Positions 35,155 through 47,653 of a stretch of 64,000 nt of DNA are shown piece after piece. The notes under the pieces are model-generated. The model saw only the letters and a program-made list of their open reading frames with translations, was not told where the DNA came from and made no database searches. The stretch's first letter is position 1. Each line of letters opens with the position of its first letter. The position numbers and the translations under genes are program-made. Source of the DNA: Tubulanus polymorphus (taxonomy: Eukaryota > Animalia > Nemertea); the NCBI RefSeq assembly GCF_964204645.1, contig NC_134031.1:7502001-7566000 (forward strand), in the 5' to 3' direction.

Positions 35155-36105
35155 ATGAATTCAACTCAGATTCAGATTGGTCGACCTTACAGCAGTTACA
35201 GCAGTAACATCGTTCTCATGTCTGTCGTTAACAGGTCTGGTACCTACCGCACTGTGTCACTGGTTATTCTGTCTGTCTTGTTCATGCTGGGAGCGTTTGG
35301 AAATTCGGCAACTTTCCTGATAATGATAAGTCGTAGATTCCGCAGTTTATCTTACGCTAACTATCTGATAGCTTTGTCTATCAGTGATTTCACTTACAGT
35401 ATAGATTTTACACTGATGCCTGTTTTACAGTTTATTCTCTTGCACGGTAAAGGTCCAATATTCATCATGACTTCACTGATCAGATGTCGAATCTATGAAT
35501 TTGTAATGTTACTTGCAGTCAGTAATAGCGCGTGGTTGATATTAGCTATAACACTGGAGCGTGTGGCAGTTGTGCTCTTCCCGTTCACATCTCGTTTGAT
35601 ATGTACACCGAGATTCGCTAGATTTGCGACATTAGTAATTACTGCAGTGAATGTACTGGTTCTATATCTGACACCCATTTTGTCGATACATTTTTCCGAA
35701 TTTTTCGGATGTTACTATCAATCATTTGGCCAAATAACGTTTGCGGTATTTGTTGTCCATGTTTTCGTTCTGCCTTTATTTTTGATTTTAATGTCAAATT
35801 GTGTTATAATCATTCAGTTATTTATAGGTATAAAAATGGTTTCGTCTAATCAGAAAACTGCAAAATCAAAACGCACAACAATAATGCTTGTAACAGTTTC
35901 ACTCGCATTTGCAATATTTACACTCCCATCCGCTATTACAGCATTGTTACCAATCTCGCCAGAGCAGAGAAATCTTCTACATGACATTTTTGTTCAGTTT
36001 CTTGTTTGTAATTATGTGGTAAATTTCTACATATATCTTTTACTCGGACGAGAAATTCGTGAATATTTCTGTATGAAAATCCGCTGTAGAAAATCAGTGA
36101 AATAA
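35155..36105 (+). CDS. Intronless class A GPCR, copy 2 (paralogue of 21396-22346)
   Basis: 316 aa, roughly 85% identical to copy 1 by eye; flanks of about 250 bp on both sides are also similar in inverted orientation. Confidence 0.92.
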   Translation: MNSTQIQIGRPYSSYSSNIVLMSVVNRSGTYRTVSLVILSVLFMLGAFGNSATFLIMISRRFRSLSYANYLIALSISDFTYSIDFTLMPVLQFILLHGKGPIFIMTSLIRCRIYEFVMLLAVSNSAWLILAITLERVAVVLFPFTSRLICTPRFARFATLVITAVNVLVLYLTPILSIHFSEFFGCYYQSFGQITFAVFVVHVFVLPLFLILMSNCVIIIQLFIGIKMVSSNQKTAKSKRTTIMLVTVSLAFAIFTLPSAITALLPISPEQRNLLHDIFVQFLVCNYVVNFYIYLLLGREIREYFCMKIRCRKSVK

Positions 36106-36981
36106 CCGAGTTCGATTTACTACATACAACTGTAACCTGTATTTTACTGTGGTCTGGTCAAAGAGACATCCAGTAAATTACATTTCAATGTAGATTTATG
36201 CAACTCCATCCAAAAATATAAAACTTTGCACAATCAAAATTCTCTTTCCTCAAATCATTGAATCTTTTTTATTTTAGTGGCTCGTTTTTATACAGGAGCA
36301 CATACAAATTAGAATTAGTTTTTTCGTTTTTTTCAAATTCACTTAGAGAGAAATGAAACTCATTTTCATGATTTATTCTATAACAAAGTCTTATTAAAAT
36401 CTGCATCGAGCCACAGATCAGGTGTGATCCAGTTTATATGGAAGAATTCATTGTGATTTCATTCTGACCTTATTAGAACGATTTGAATGTGCGTCTGTTC
36501 GTTTAAAAATATTTATTTCCGTTGCCGTTACCGTTATTGCATCAATAGGCCTGTGGTGCATTGATAAACATTGCACATCTTATTAATCAGAACCCTACTG
36601 TTTTTAGTACTTCTATGGTCTAGTTGAAGTATTATATGATTCGATAAGGTCTCTGTTTCCAAAGAAAGAAGTCGAACACTTTTCTTATTTTTTTTTCGAA
36701 ACAAAATCTGACCCTGAGGATGCCAGGCATAACGAACCGTGTTTCTCCAGGGGTACAAAAGATGGAACATGTAAATCAATCAAGCATTGCAATTCCGCCA
36801 ATTTTTATTCAAGGACGAAGGTTTTGGCTGTGAAGAGGACAAAAAAGCACTCTAGGAGGATCGATTTGTTAAAAGGCGAAATTGAAGACTGCGAATAATT
36901 TGATTTTAATTAAGTGCACAATTAGAATGAATAATTTTGAATTGCAGAATTTAGGAAAAACAAAAAAATATTAAATGCCAC

Positions 36982-37400
36982 TCATGCCTTCATCAGTCGA
37001 AGGCGGATATTAAAGGCTTTCCTAAGAAAAGTAGAAAGATTGTATGATTTACTAGTACTGGAAATTATGTGGATGAATTTTTCTTTGTCGGGTTTGTCCA
37101 GTAAGTTCTTGGTATATCTTAGTCTTAAGCCAGATGCAGGACAGATTAAGGCAAAATGGTACTCGTCCTCAATTTCATTCAGATTACAACATCTACAAAT
37201 ACGATTATTATATGGGATCTTGTGTCTGGCCCAGGGTCCAGTTTCGACTAACAGATCATGACTAGAACCTAGCAATCCTCATACGTACGCCTTCTATATA
37301 CGATACATAAATAACTCCCTTCTTAATACACGAAAATATTTGGCTTCAGATGAGTTTTCGAAAAAAGTATGCCATTGCTGCTTGAACTGATCAAGCACTC
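36982..37400 (-). mobile_element. 3' fragment of an RTEX-like LINE ORF2
   Basis: SHDLLVETG...RICRCCNLNEIEDEYHFALICP C-terminal Cys/His motif. Confidence 0.75.
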
Positions 37401-40400
37401 TAACCTCGCCTGAGCGCAAGAACCACTTTTCATTGTTGTCTCTAAATTAGCTATATCAAATTTCATTGAAATGATCATTGGTACCGAGTTTACTTTGAAT
37501 CAATGACTAACAATAACTAACTTTTTGCACGCACAGCTAAAATCTCTCTGACTTCATTTTCAACTACCCACAACTGTTCACAGATACTGCAGATTCACAA
37601 TGTTCACACGCAATGTTTTACGTCACTCATGCTCCCCTCAACCACTTGCTACAGTTACCGTTATTTTTTATCTATCAAGTTTTAATGTGCACGATTACCT
37701 ACCTACTCCTAGCCCTACAATATCCCCATCCGCCCACAGAAATGATGGACCCACAAAAAGTATTCAATTCCAAACTGCAACATCCTGAAAGAACCTGGAA
37801 ACGACATGCAATAATCACCATGATTATATTACATTAATTCATTGTTGAAATGAATAATAATTAAAGAATATTAGATTAAATCTTAACATATAGATTCAAT
37901 TCACAGTGTTTTACAACTGTTCATTGAAATCCATCGTATGAATAAACACTTCATGAATATTTGGCCTAGATGATTTTGTCAGATGTTGATATGTAATTCA
38001 TGTGGACATTTTGATAGGTTTGTGAGGTATCTATTCGTGGTTAAGTCACGATTGGCTTGTATACAGCTGAAAAGTTTATGTATATAAATGAACATAATGT
38101 GCTGGAAACAAATTTCATAAATACTTCAATCTTCATTGTCAATGAATATTTTGTTTACATTTTATGCATTCAGGCCAGCTGGAGTCGTGTTTAGTTGAAT
38201 TATTAATCTAATCATCAATCTATAAATCAATAAAAGAGATAAATTTCCATTCTACGACTTCGATACTTCATTTCAAAAAAATAAATTATAATGTATTTTT
38301 TGTCATGTGTTCAGCATGGGCCCCTATATACGTAAGCTACTCTTTTATGAAGTAAACCGGCAGACGATTCAATCGCATCGCAGTTTCGATTCGTTCACAT
38401 GGTCTTACCAGGGGCGGATTTTTTTTCATTTTCATCGAGTGTTGTCGAAAATAAGCAGTGGGAAAATGAATTCATTTTTTGAAAATAATGATTTTAAATG
38501 CATGAAATGCCATGTATAAATCTTTGCCAGATCTTCTAGGAAAGTCCCCAGACGAAGTGGCTGGGTCCCTGCGACAACAATTTTTTCTTTAATTTATAGT
38601 GCGCCCTTTTTCAAATTTATATATAACATATGCGTATCATTAATGATTATAGTTATATGGTCAGATGAAACTTCTCGTCGGAATAGTAATCGGTAATGTA
38701 TTATAGATAATAGGATCATAATTTATATTTGCTTGATCGATCTTGTTGACCCCGAACTTTAGCTAAATGGTATCTTGTACCTGTTTCGTAATAAAAGAAT
38801 GTACACTTGAATGAACATTTTTGAACGATTTATATTTATCACAATTAGAAAAATAAAAGGTACAAAAACAGTAATGAAAATATAGGAATTAGTAAAGAAA
38901 CTTCTGGCGAATTTCTAAAAGGCGTTTGAATTGTTGCCGAAAAGCAGAAAATTGACGGTCAACCACTCACTATGCGCTTTGCGCTTGACTGGGCCACGCG
39001 CGTTTCTAAGAAGATATTTTCATACGAATGCAGTATCAACAAAATCCTCGGATAAAACTATATCTTCAGTGAAAAATTCTAAATTGTATCTCAAAAAATG
39101 AAAAAAGTTACAGCCAATGACACAAAATTACCAATTTTTTTTGAGGGGCCTTCCTAAAAGTGGGGTAACTTTTTTAAAGTGTAACTGTGTTCGATTGTTG
39201 CAGCCGAGAAAAATGGAATAAACACCATTAGAAAATAGAAATTGTCACCTTTCTATCGATTCATAAGTTTAAATTGTTTGCCAAAGAGGGATGGGCGACT
39301 TAATCGCGCTAGAGGTTTTAGTCTAAAAATGTTAAAATCTCTCCAACAATGCGGGACATGTGGGACCGCCTCAAAATGGCCCCTGGTAACTGGAAACTTC
39401 CCCATTCGCTTAGATTAATAAGCTTTTGATATTAAAGAGTATCGACTTGGGACGGCAGGTGTGTGTAGCTATGTGAACACTCGGACCAGGCCATTGAAAC
39501 GCAAACTATATAATCTTATAATCTTAGGCTGTCAATCTTATTTTTACTGTAAATGGGCAAATAGGGCACACTAGGATCGTAGAGCGACGTAGATCACTGG
39601 TGGAGACAGCCACACTACAGGACTGGGTGAACATTAAACATATGTTTAATATGCTCTGGATGTTTGACCCCGGAAAAAATCCGGCGGTACTGGCCGTGTT
39701 GTCACTGAGAATTAACTTGAGCATATCTTCAGACAATAGCCATCGTTTAAGAAATTACTCCCTAATTTCAATGTCGCTCGGAAGGTCCAGAAATACAGTC
39801 GACCCACAACGCCACGGATTTAGCACGGTCGCTAGTTTCAATAGTTTCAAGATGGTTGACTCCGTGAAATGCGTCGAAGACCGAAGTCAAGTAATTATGT
39901 CAAAAACCTTACTCCGGAATGCATGCAGGTGTTCCTCAATATAAATCAGTATAAATTCAAAACAGTCAACGGGAACGGTGTGCAGATGGCACTACGTCAC
40001 TAGCCTCACCATCTGACGGCCCCAGCATTAGTCGATAAAAACTCAAAATTTGCTCATCTTTTCATCGTGTTTATATATAGATTGCTGTGAATTTCATCTG
40101 CTTTTCCCGAGAAAACCAAAAGTTTTGAATTCTCACCAGAAGTTTTGAATTGTGTACCTTCTCGGTACTCTTCTTTTTGACACTTGGTTCTTGCTCTCAT
40201 GTGGAAAGCCATTAATGTAATCAATAATATATTACAGTGCAATATATATTGAATTGAATTACTCTGGCAATCGATTGTGGCAATCGAGCGATCCAGCCAA
40301 CCCTGGCAAGCGACTATAGCCGCACTAACCCTGGGTAGTGAGTATAGTAGACTGGTCGCCTGTCCAATTCTGCGCCACCTAATTCGCATAGTCTAACTGA

Positions 40401-40461
40401 AGGTAGAGACCGGCAACCAGTCTATGAGTATAGCGCCGGTAGCAGGACTTTTAAGTGAAGT

Positions 40462-43200
40462 CAATCTTAAGAATCAGCAGAACATGGCGTCACAAGCCCC
40501 GGGGCTTGTCACGCCATATCTGACATGGCGTCACAAGCCCCGAGTAAAATGCAGACTATATATAATTCACGCGGAACGAAGATATATGTTCGCGTCGAAC
40601 AGACCACGTTTTTAAGTCCGATACGACGTGTAAAACCTGAATGATATAATTTCAAGTACCGGTATGTCAATGTGTAATGAATTTCTATTTTTTCTTAACT
40701 TATTGTCTAAACGTATACACAGTACCGGTACTTATACATTATTTTGAAGTATCCGTTCAGTGCAACCACTTTGAAAGAAAATTATATCCCTTTTTTACTT
40801 AAGATTGTTATGTAAAATTCTTCGAATATGTTTTTTGCAGGTTTCCGTTATGGTGCGAGACGATCAGGAGATCATCAGCTACATTTACCAAAGCGATTTT
40901 TTGTATATTTTTACATATGAACAAAATAAAAACAACGATTTATTAACTTTCTAAGACTTAATGATTGTTGTACTACTGATTGAAATTTAAGATAATCAGT
41001 CACAATTATTCATTTATTTCTACGGAAATCCGATCGGGTCCTCTCACGCCATGAAAATTGAAGCTATTCTGCAGACCATTTAGGGCTCGATACGCCATAT
41101 TGGCTGCTGAACATTTGGGGCCTGACACGCATAGAAGACAAATCGCGATTTTTTTAGCAGTATTTGTTTTGTTTTATAAGACTTTATGATTATGAACAAT
41201 ATATATAAATAATTGAAACTAAAGATATAATTAGTGACAATTAGTTGCTTCCATAGAAAACTGATCGGGTCCTCTCACGCCATATTGGCGGCAGAACACT
41301 TTGGGGCCTGACACGCCATGTAGAAGACAGCGTGATTTTAGGAGCTTTTTGAAACAATATTTGCCTTTTTTTCTAAGTCTCAATGATTGACAAACCATGT
41401 ATAATGATCAATCTTTGAATATTTATGAAAATTATTCATCAATTGAAGCTATTCTGCAGACCGTTCGGGGCCTGACGCCATATTGGCTGCAGAGCATCTG
41501 GGGCCTGACACGCCATGTAGGAGACAGCGTGATTTTAGGAGCTTTTTGAAACAATATTTGTCTTTTTTCTAAGTCTAAAGGATTGACAAACCATGTAGAA
41601 TGATAAATCTTTGAATATTTATGATAATTAGTGACAATTATTCATCAATTGAAGCTATTCTGCAGACCGTTCGGGGCCTGACACGCCATATTGGCTGCAG
41701 AACATCTGGGGCCTGACACGCCATGTAGGAGACAGCGTGATTTTAGGAGCTTTTTGAAACAATATTTGTCTTTTTTCTAAGTCTAAAGGATTGACAAACC
41801 ATATAGTATGATAAATCTTTGAACATTTAACAAAATTAATGACAATTATTCATTTGTTTGTACGGAAAACCGTTCGGGTCCTCTCACGCCATGTCTCAAT
41901 TGAAGCTATTCTGCAGACCATTTGGGGCCTGACACGCCATATTGGCTGCAGAACATTCGGGGCTTGACACGCCATAGAAGACAAATCGCGGTTTTTCTAG
42001 CAGTATTTGTTTTGTTTTCTAACACTTTGTGATTGTCAAATCATGAACAATATATAACTAATTGAAACTAAAGATATAATTAGTGACAATTAATTGCTTC
42101 CATAGAAAACCGATCGGGTCCTCTCACGCCATATTGGCTGCAGAACATTTGGGGCCTGACACGCCATGTAGAAGACAACGTGATTTTAGGAGTTTTTTGT
42201 AACAGTATTTGCTTTTTTCTAAGACTAAATGATTGACAAACCATATAGTATGATTAATCTTTGAACATTTAAGAGAATTAGTGACAATTATTCATTTGTT
42301 TGTAGGAAAACCGATCGGGTCCTCTCACGCCATGTTTCAATTGAAGCTTTTCTGCAGACCATTTGGGGCCTGACACGCCATGTAGAAGGCTTAGTGATTT
42401 TAGGAGCCATATTGACTGCAGATCACACTAGATTGGAGCCTGGCTCACCATATATGTTTTTCTAACATTATCTATGTTCTTCTAAGACTAATTGATCAAC
42501 AAATCATGTGAAATAGATGAATGATTCATTGAAATGTAAGATAGTTCATTAAAATTTTTATTCTGTAAAACTCATTCAGTAGATATATAATGTTTTTGTA
42601 TTTTTCATATGCTGGCGAAATATGTGATTGTTTAAATTGTGTTTCAAAATAAAGTGTGTACACTGCATTAGATTAACAAACAACGATCGATTTCTATTCT
42701 GTAAAACTCATTTTGTAAATATGTATGCCAGTGAAGTAGGATAAGATAAGTTTTTAAATGTGTTTTAAGTGTAAAATGTTTTCAATCTATCAATACATTC
42801 CGTAAATAGATATGTTAAGTTTTACCTTACCCTGGTATTTTCCTGTTCCATCAGATTCTTACAAAATAAGAAATTCATATCAAATAAAGTTTGATTCAAA
42901 CATTACTCGTTATAAGTTATTGATTAAAAATAATCTTCTGAATCAAATCATTTTCATATATGCGATGTAATATGTAGTTCTTATTATGTATATATAGTAC
43001 GTTGTAAATCATCTATGACAAATAAATATCCAATCGAATATTTCAACTTCGGAAGAAAAACCCGTGAGACGTAGTCAACGTTTCATCTCCTGCATAGGAT
43101 TTGATTTTCATTTTATGTTTACCACATGGCGTGTCAGGCCCCAATATGGCATGACAAGCCTCGGGGCTTGTGACGCCATATGCAGCAGGTCTTAAGATTG
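40462..43200. mobile_element. Non-autonomous TIR element with internal satellite-like array
   Basis: Imperfect TIRs of about 55 bp (caatcttaaga...atggcgtcacaagccccggggcttgtcacgccatat and its inverse at 43144-43200); internal 41030-42390 array with about 15 GGGGCCTGACACGCCAT/GGGTCCTCTCACGCCAT motifs. Superfamily uncertain. Confidence 0.75.
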
Positions 43201-43326
43201 CCCTAGATGGGACTTTTTCGGTGAATGCGATGCCATACTTCGCGATTAAGGAGCGCCACCATTTTTCAAATCGACTCGAAAACGAAAACGTCAACAAACA
43301 AGGTTTATTTCACAGACAAGGTCTTG

Positions 43327-44912
43327 TCACAGGGGTTTGGCGATGGGCTTGGATTTTATTTCCGGGTTGTTGATAATCTCGCGAGAATGGCGCTAAATAT
43401 GAACTGCAAATAAATTCAAAATATCATAGAAATACCACAGGGGCTCGTTACGATAGCTGGGGGTCCAAAATCAAAGATTTGACCCAGTATCCTAGGTACC
43501 ACCTATAAAAAAAGAAAAGGGAGCTAACATTTTGACATACTAGAATTGACCTTCTCATTTCAATCGCTTATAACTTCGTAACCCATCGACCGATTCGCTC
43601 GAAATTGGTTTCGTTTCATTCCTAAGAGGTTACTTTTTCGTTTGAGACCTTCCGCGACAAAATCGGATAAGAGACACCCGAGAAATCACGACTCAAATCC
43701 GAAAAAACTAGTCAAAATAGCCAAAGCCGGAATTACTAGGACGTCTCGGAGTAGTCGATTCCCGACGAAAAACGATGAGTTGACGCGGTTCCCGGACGTT
43801 AATCTTCACATATCATACATCGCTGGAAAGCTTATGAACTGACCTTATTGAAAAATGCGTTTATTTGATAATCCGTTCCGAAACCGGCGACAAGCGAGGT
43901 GATAATACGCACCGAACCGATAAATACGCACTTTAAGCGTCACTGAACCGCCATTGAGGGTGTGACGTCACGGGCTCTGAGGACTGATAAATTCGCGATA
44001 CGTGATTGGTCGACTGAATATGTCAATTATCTAGCGTTGCATGCTGGGATTTCTCATGACGTCACGCAGTTAATGGCGGCCGGAATACACTTGGAAATCG
44101 TATTTATCGCATCAATCTGGATTATCAGCTCGCCAGTCGCGGGTATCGGAACGGATTATCAAATAAACGCGTCTGTCAATAAGGTCAGTTCATAAGCTTT
44201 CCAGCGATGTATGATATGTGAAGATTAACGTCCGGGAACCGCGTCAAATCATCGTTTTTCGTCGTGAATTGAGCACTTCAAGCCGTCCTAGTAATTCCGG
44301 CTTTGGATATTTTGACCCGTTTTTTCGGATTTGAGTCGTGATTTCTCGGGCGTCTCCGGTCCGATTTCATCGGGGAAGGTCTCAAACGAAAAAGTCACCT
44401 CTTGGGAATGAAACGAATCTAATTTCGTGTAAATCGGTCGATCGGTTACGAAGTTATGAGGGGTTGAAATGAGAAGGTCAATTCTTGTATGTCAAAATGT
44501 TAGCTCCCTTTTCTTTTTTTTATAGGTGGTACCTAGGATACTGGGTCAAATCTTAGATTTTGGACCCCCAGCTATCGTAACGAGCCCCTGTGAGAAATAC
44601 CTTGTGTTTATATTGTTTATTTATCCGCTATTAAGTTCCGATAAACAATTGGTCGTTAAGGATCATCATCAGACAGTCGTCACGCTTTACTATATAAAAT
44701 AACTGATTTTATATAGTAGCGTGACGACCGTCTGATAATGATTCTTAACGACCAATTGTTTATCGAAACTTTATAGCGGATAAATAAACAATATAAACAC
44801 AAGGTATTTCCGTGATATTTTGAATTTATTCGTAGTTCATATTTAGCGCCATTCTCGCGAGATTATCAACAACCCGGAAATAAAATCCAAGCCCATCGCC
44901 AAACCCTTGTGA
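43327..44912. mobile_element. Palindromic MITE (about 420 bp once the nested insert is removed)
   Basis: 43327-43435 plus 44601-44700 are the reverse complement of 44706-44912. Confidence 0.85.
43436..44592. mobile_element. Foldback element with about 450-bp TIRs, P-element-like ends
   Basis: CACAGGGGCTCG...CGAGCCCCTGTG; perfect 8-bp TSD AGAAATAC (43428-43435, 44593-44600). Confidence 0.9.
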
Positions 44913-45055
44913 TACCAGTATCCCTGTACTGGTACCACTATCCACTATCAAATTTGGTTTCATGAGCGGATATTTTCTCAAGAATCAGCTCATTCAATCC
45001 GATTCGGATTAGCTAGCATTTTAGCACTGTTTTTTAGTAGTATAGACATAGGGCC

Positions 45056-45601
45056 TAATGTCTATTTATTAATGAATGAGACCTGTTTTTCTGGGATATT
45101 TTGCTTACTTTTTGGGGTACATACCTCATTTATGTCTTAACAGAATGCCAAAAATCGCGGACAACAACTGAATATCCGATATATTTCCAGTTCTGTACCA
45201 ATTAGATGGATTGGCAAAAAGACTCCTTAAGTCCAGTTGAATGAGAGAGAAAATCCTCCATTTTGTGAAATTTCTTGAATTTTTACATTGTCACCATGCC
45301 TACGAAATGAAGTTATTTTTCTTGTGGGGTCTCAACAACTAAATCAGGGTGGCGTAGGCATGGTAACAATGTTCAAATCCAACAAATTTGACAAAATGGA
45401 GGATTTTCTCTCTCATTCAACTGGACTTAAGGAGTCTTTTTGCCAATCCATCTAATTGGTACAGAACTGGAAATATATCGGATATTCAGTTGTTGTCCGC
45501 GATTTTTGGCATTCTGTTAAGACATAAATGAGGTATGTACCCCAAAAAGTAAGCAAAATATCCCAGAAAAACAGGTCTCATCCATTAATAAATAGACATT
45601 A
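45056..45601. mobile_element. Near-perfect foldback MITE (about 545 bp)
   Basis: taatgtctatttattaatg...cattaataaatagacatta; arms nearly identical over more than 200 bp. Confidence 0.88.
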
Positions 45602-45780
45602 GTTAGCAGGTTAGTGTTTACTTTTACGCTCGGGCTATTTTTTTCGACGCCGTTGATGTATAACACCAGCTATATTTACAACGTTTCATTCTGATGGGCT
45701 AATTCACGTTGCGCATGCGCATTAGGGTGCACGACTTAGAAAATTCAAGGCAAGTGTTGAGAATTAGAGTTAGAGAAAAT

Positions 45781-46191
45781 CGGTCATCCTTATTACCGAG
45801 ATGACGTATTTTACCGAGATGAAATGAAATATAGCATATTTATTTATTCCTTATCGATTTTAACAATTGACATCATATCATATCACTAATAAATGCCTCA
45901 TGGAGTCATAATTTACATATTTAGTCGGATATTTTTGTAGAAAAATAACTTTTAACTTTACCGAGATGAGATCGTCGATCAATCAAATTCAATGAAATTT
46001 TATTGCTTACCGAGTTTACGTATTTGAAGTCAAAATTCTTTTTAATAAAAAAAATATGTAAAATATGACTTTAGAAGGTATTTATTACTGATATAACATG
46101 ATTTCAAGTGTAAATAGATAAGGAATAAATAAATATGCTACATTTCATGTCATCTCGGTAAAATACGTCATCTCGGTAATAAGGAGGACCC
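45781..46191. mobile_element. MITE with long TIRs and 8-bp TSD (Merlin/MULE-like)
   Basis: ggtc(a/c)tccttattaccgagatgacg TIRs; TSD GAGAAAAT at 45773-45780 and 46192-46199. Confidence 0.82.
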
Positions 46192-46242
46192 GAGAAAATA
46201 GAGCGAGACTCGAACCCGGGCCAGTAAATTTCTAGCACATTA

Positions 46243-46625
46243 GGACCTCCTTATTACCGAGATGACATGAAATATAACATTTATTTATTCCTTATCGATT
46301 TTAACACTTGAAATCATGTTATAGTAATAGGCCTATGTGAGTAATAAATACCTTCTAGAGTCATATTTTTCCGGATATTCTAATACGTCATCTCGGTTAG
46401 CAATAGAATTTCATTGAATTTGATTGATCGGCGATCTCCCACCTCGGTAAAGTTAAAAGTTATTTTTCTACAAAAATTTCCGACAAAATATGTAAAATAT
46501 GACTCCAGCAGGCATTTATTACTGACATTATATGATTTCAAGTGTTAAAATCGATAAGGAATAAATAAATATGTTATACTTCATGTCATCTCGGTAAATT
46601 ACGTCATCTCGGAAATAAGGAGGAC
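46243..46625. mobile_element. Second copy of the same MITE family, opposite orientation
   Basis: Same TIRs; the central segment is the reverse complement of that in 45781-46191. Confidence 0.8.
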
Positions 46626-46632
46626 TGCAGCA

Positions 46633-46989
46633 CAGGGTCCAATCCACAGGGGCTCGTATTTGAAGTTTGGGGGTGAACTGTAGCTTAGATCATCCAGTAT
46701 CCCTGGTACTACATATATGAAAAGATGCCCCTGTGGCCCTATCTAAGGAATGAAAGCCACTTGCCCAGGGGGCAAGCATATCTGAAATTTCGCTTGCCCC
46801 CTCCAAAAGCTACTTGCCCTACACAGGCAGTCCGATTGGTGGCACTATCATCCGTTGTATTGAGTGGGAAAAAAGCTTTGTAACATAAAATTGCACTAGC
46901 CCTGGGGACAAGTGATAATGATAACCTGCTTGCCCTGATGAGAATTTACTTGTCCCGGGCAATCGGACAAGTGCTTAGATCGGACCCTG
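46633..46989. mobile_element. hAT-like MITE containing a 91-bp CACAGGGG-ended mini-insert (46645-46735)
   Basis: CAGGGTCC(a/g)ATC...GATCGGACCCTG ends; insert bounded by cacaggggc/gcccctgtg with imperfect 8-bp duplication gtccaatc/gccctatc. Confidence 0.65.
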
Positions 46990-47653
46990 CAGCATCATAC
47001 CACTAGACCACCGAGCTCGCTGAAAACCAGTCGAATGTTTTAACTACATATAGCCTCACCTTACCCTAATCCTATCCCTAGGGGGTAAAACGGACCCTTA
47101 CCCTCTGGACCCTCTTCTCACCCTCTTGACACTAATCCTCTCCTCTCTAGACCATAATCCTAAATTCAATATAAAACCGTTGTATATATAGAATTTATGA
47201 CCGCTTTACGACGCTGTAAATATAGCCACTTTGTTACTTTTAGTCTGAATACACGTCGTTCAACTCGTTACGGTTCCCTACAACTTGTTTGTTTGAGGAC
47301 AACGGCTAGGTACTAGACTAGTGTTAACTTACGTTGCACCAACGCCTCTTCTAAATCTACCACCACCTTGGCCTATCACCAACCATGGTTCCCAGTCAGT
47401 GAACAAGGAAATTGGGAAAAACTTGGGAATTTTGAAATAACATTTGGCCTATTTGGGAATTTGAAAAAATGTTGGGAAATTCATTTACGCATTTGCCTAG
47501 GGCACCTTTCTTCAACGATTTCCCTTGAGAATCACCTTTTTCAACCTGTCACCACTAAAATGTTGACGGTATCGGTGCATTTCCATTTGAGAAAATTTAA
47601 AAATCACATGAAATTCGGGCCCGTACCCAGGGGGGTTGCGTTGGGTGCGAACG

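Larger units (their letters stand above)
46201..47016 (-). repeat. tRNA-derived (tRNA-Pro-like) SINE head interrupted by MITEs
   Basis: Minus strand reads GCTCGGTGGTCTAGTGGTATGATG (A box) at 47016-46993 and GGGTTCGAGTCTC (B box) at 46217-46205 once the inserts are removed. Confidence 0.55.

Noticed and set aside
39524-39944. Overlapping ORFs as a gene or transposase fragment
   Set aside because: No motif I can recognise on either strand.
41030-42390. Regularly spaced GGGGCCTGACACGCCAT motifs as a CRISPR-like array
   Set aside because: The intervening sequences are themselves repeated and vary in length, there are no cas genes, and the context is eukaryotic.
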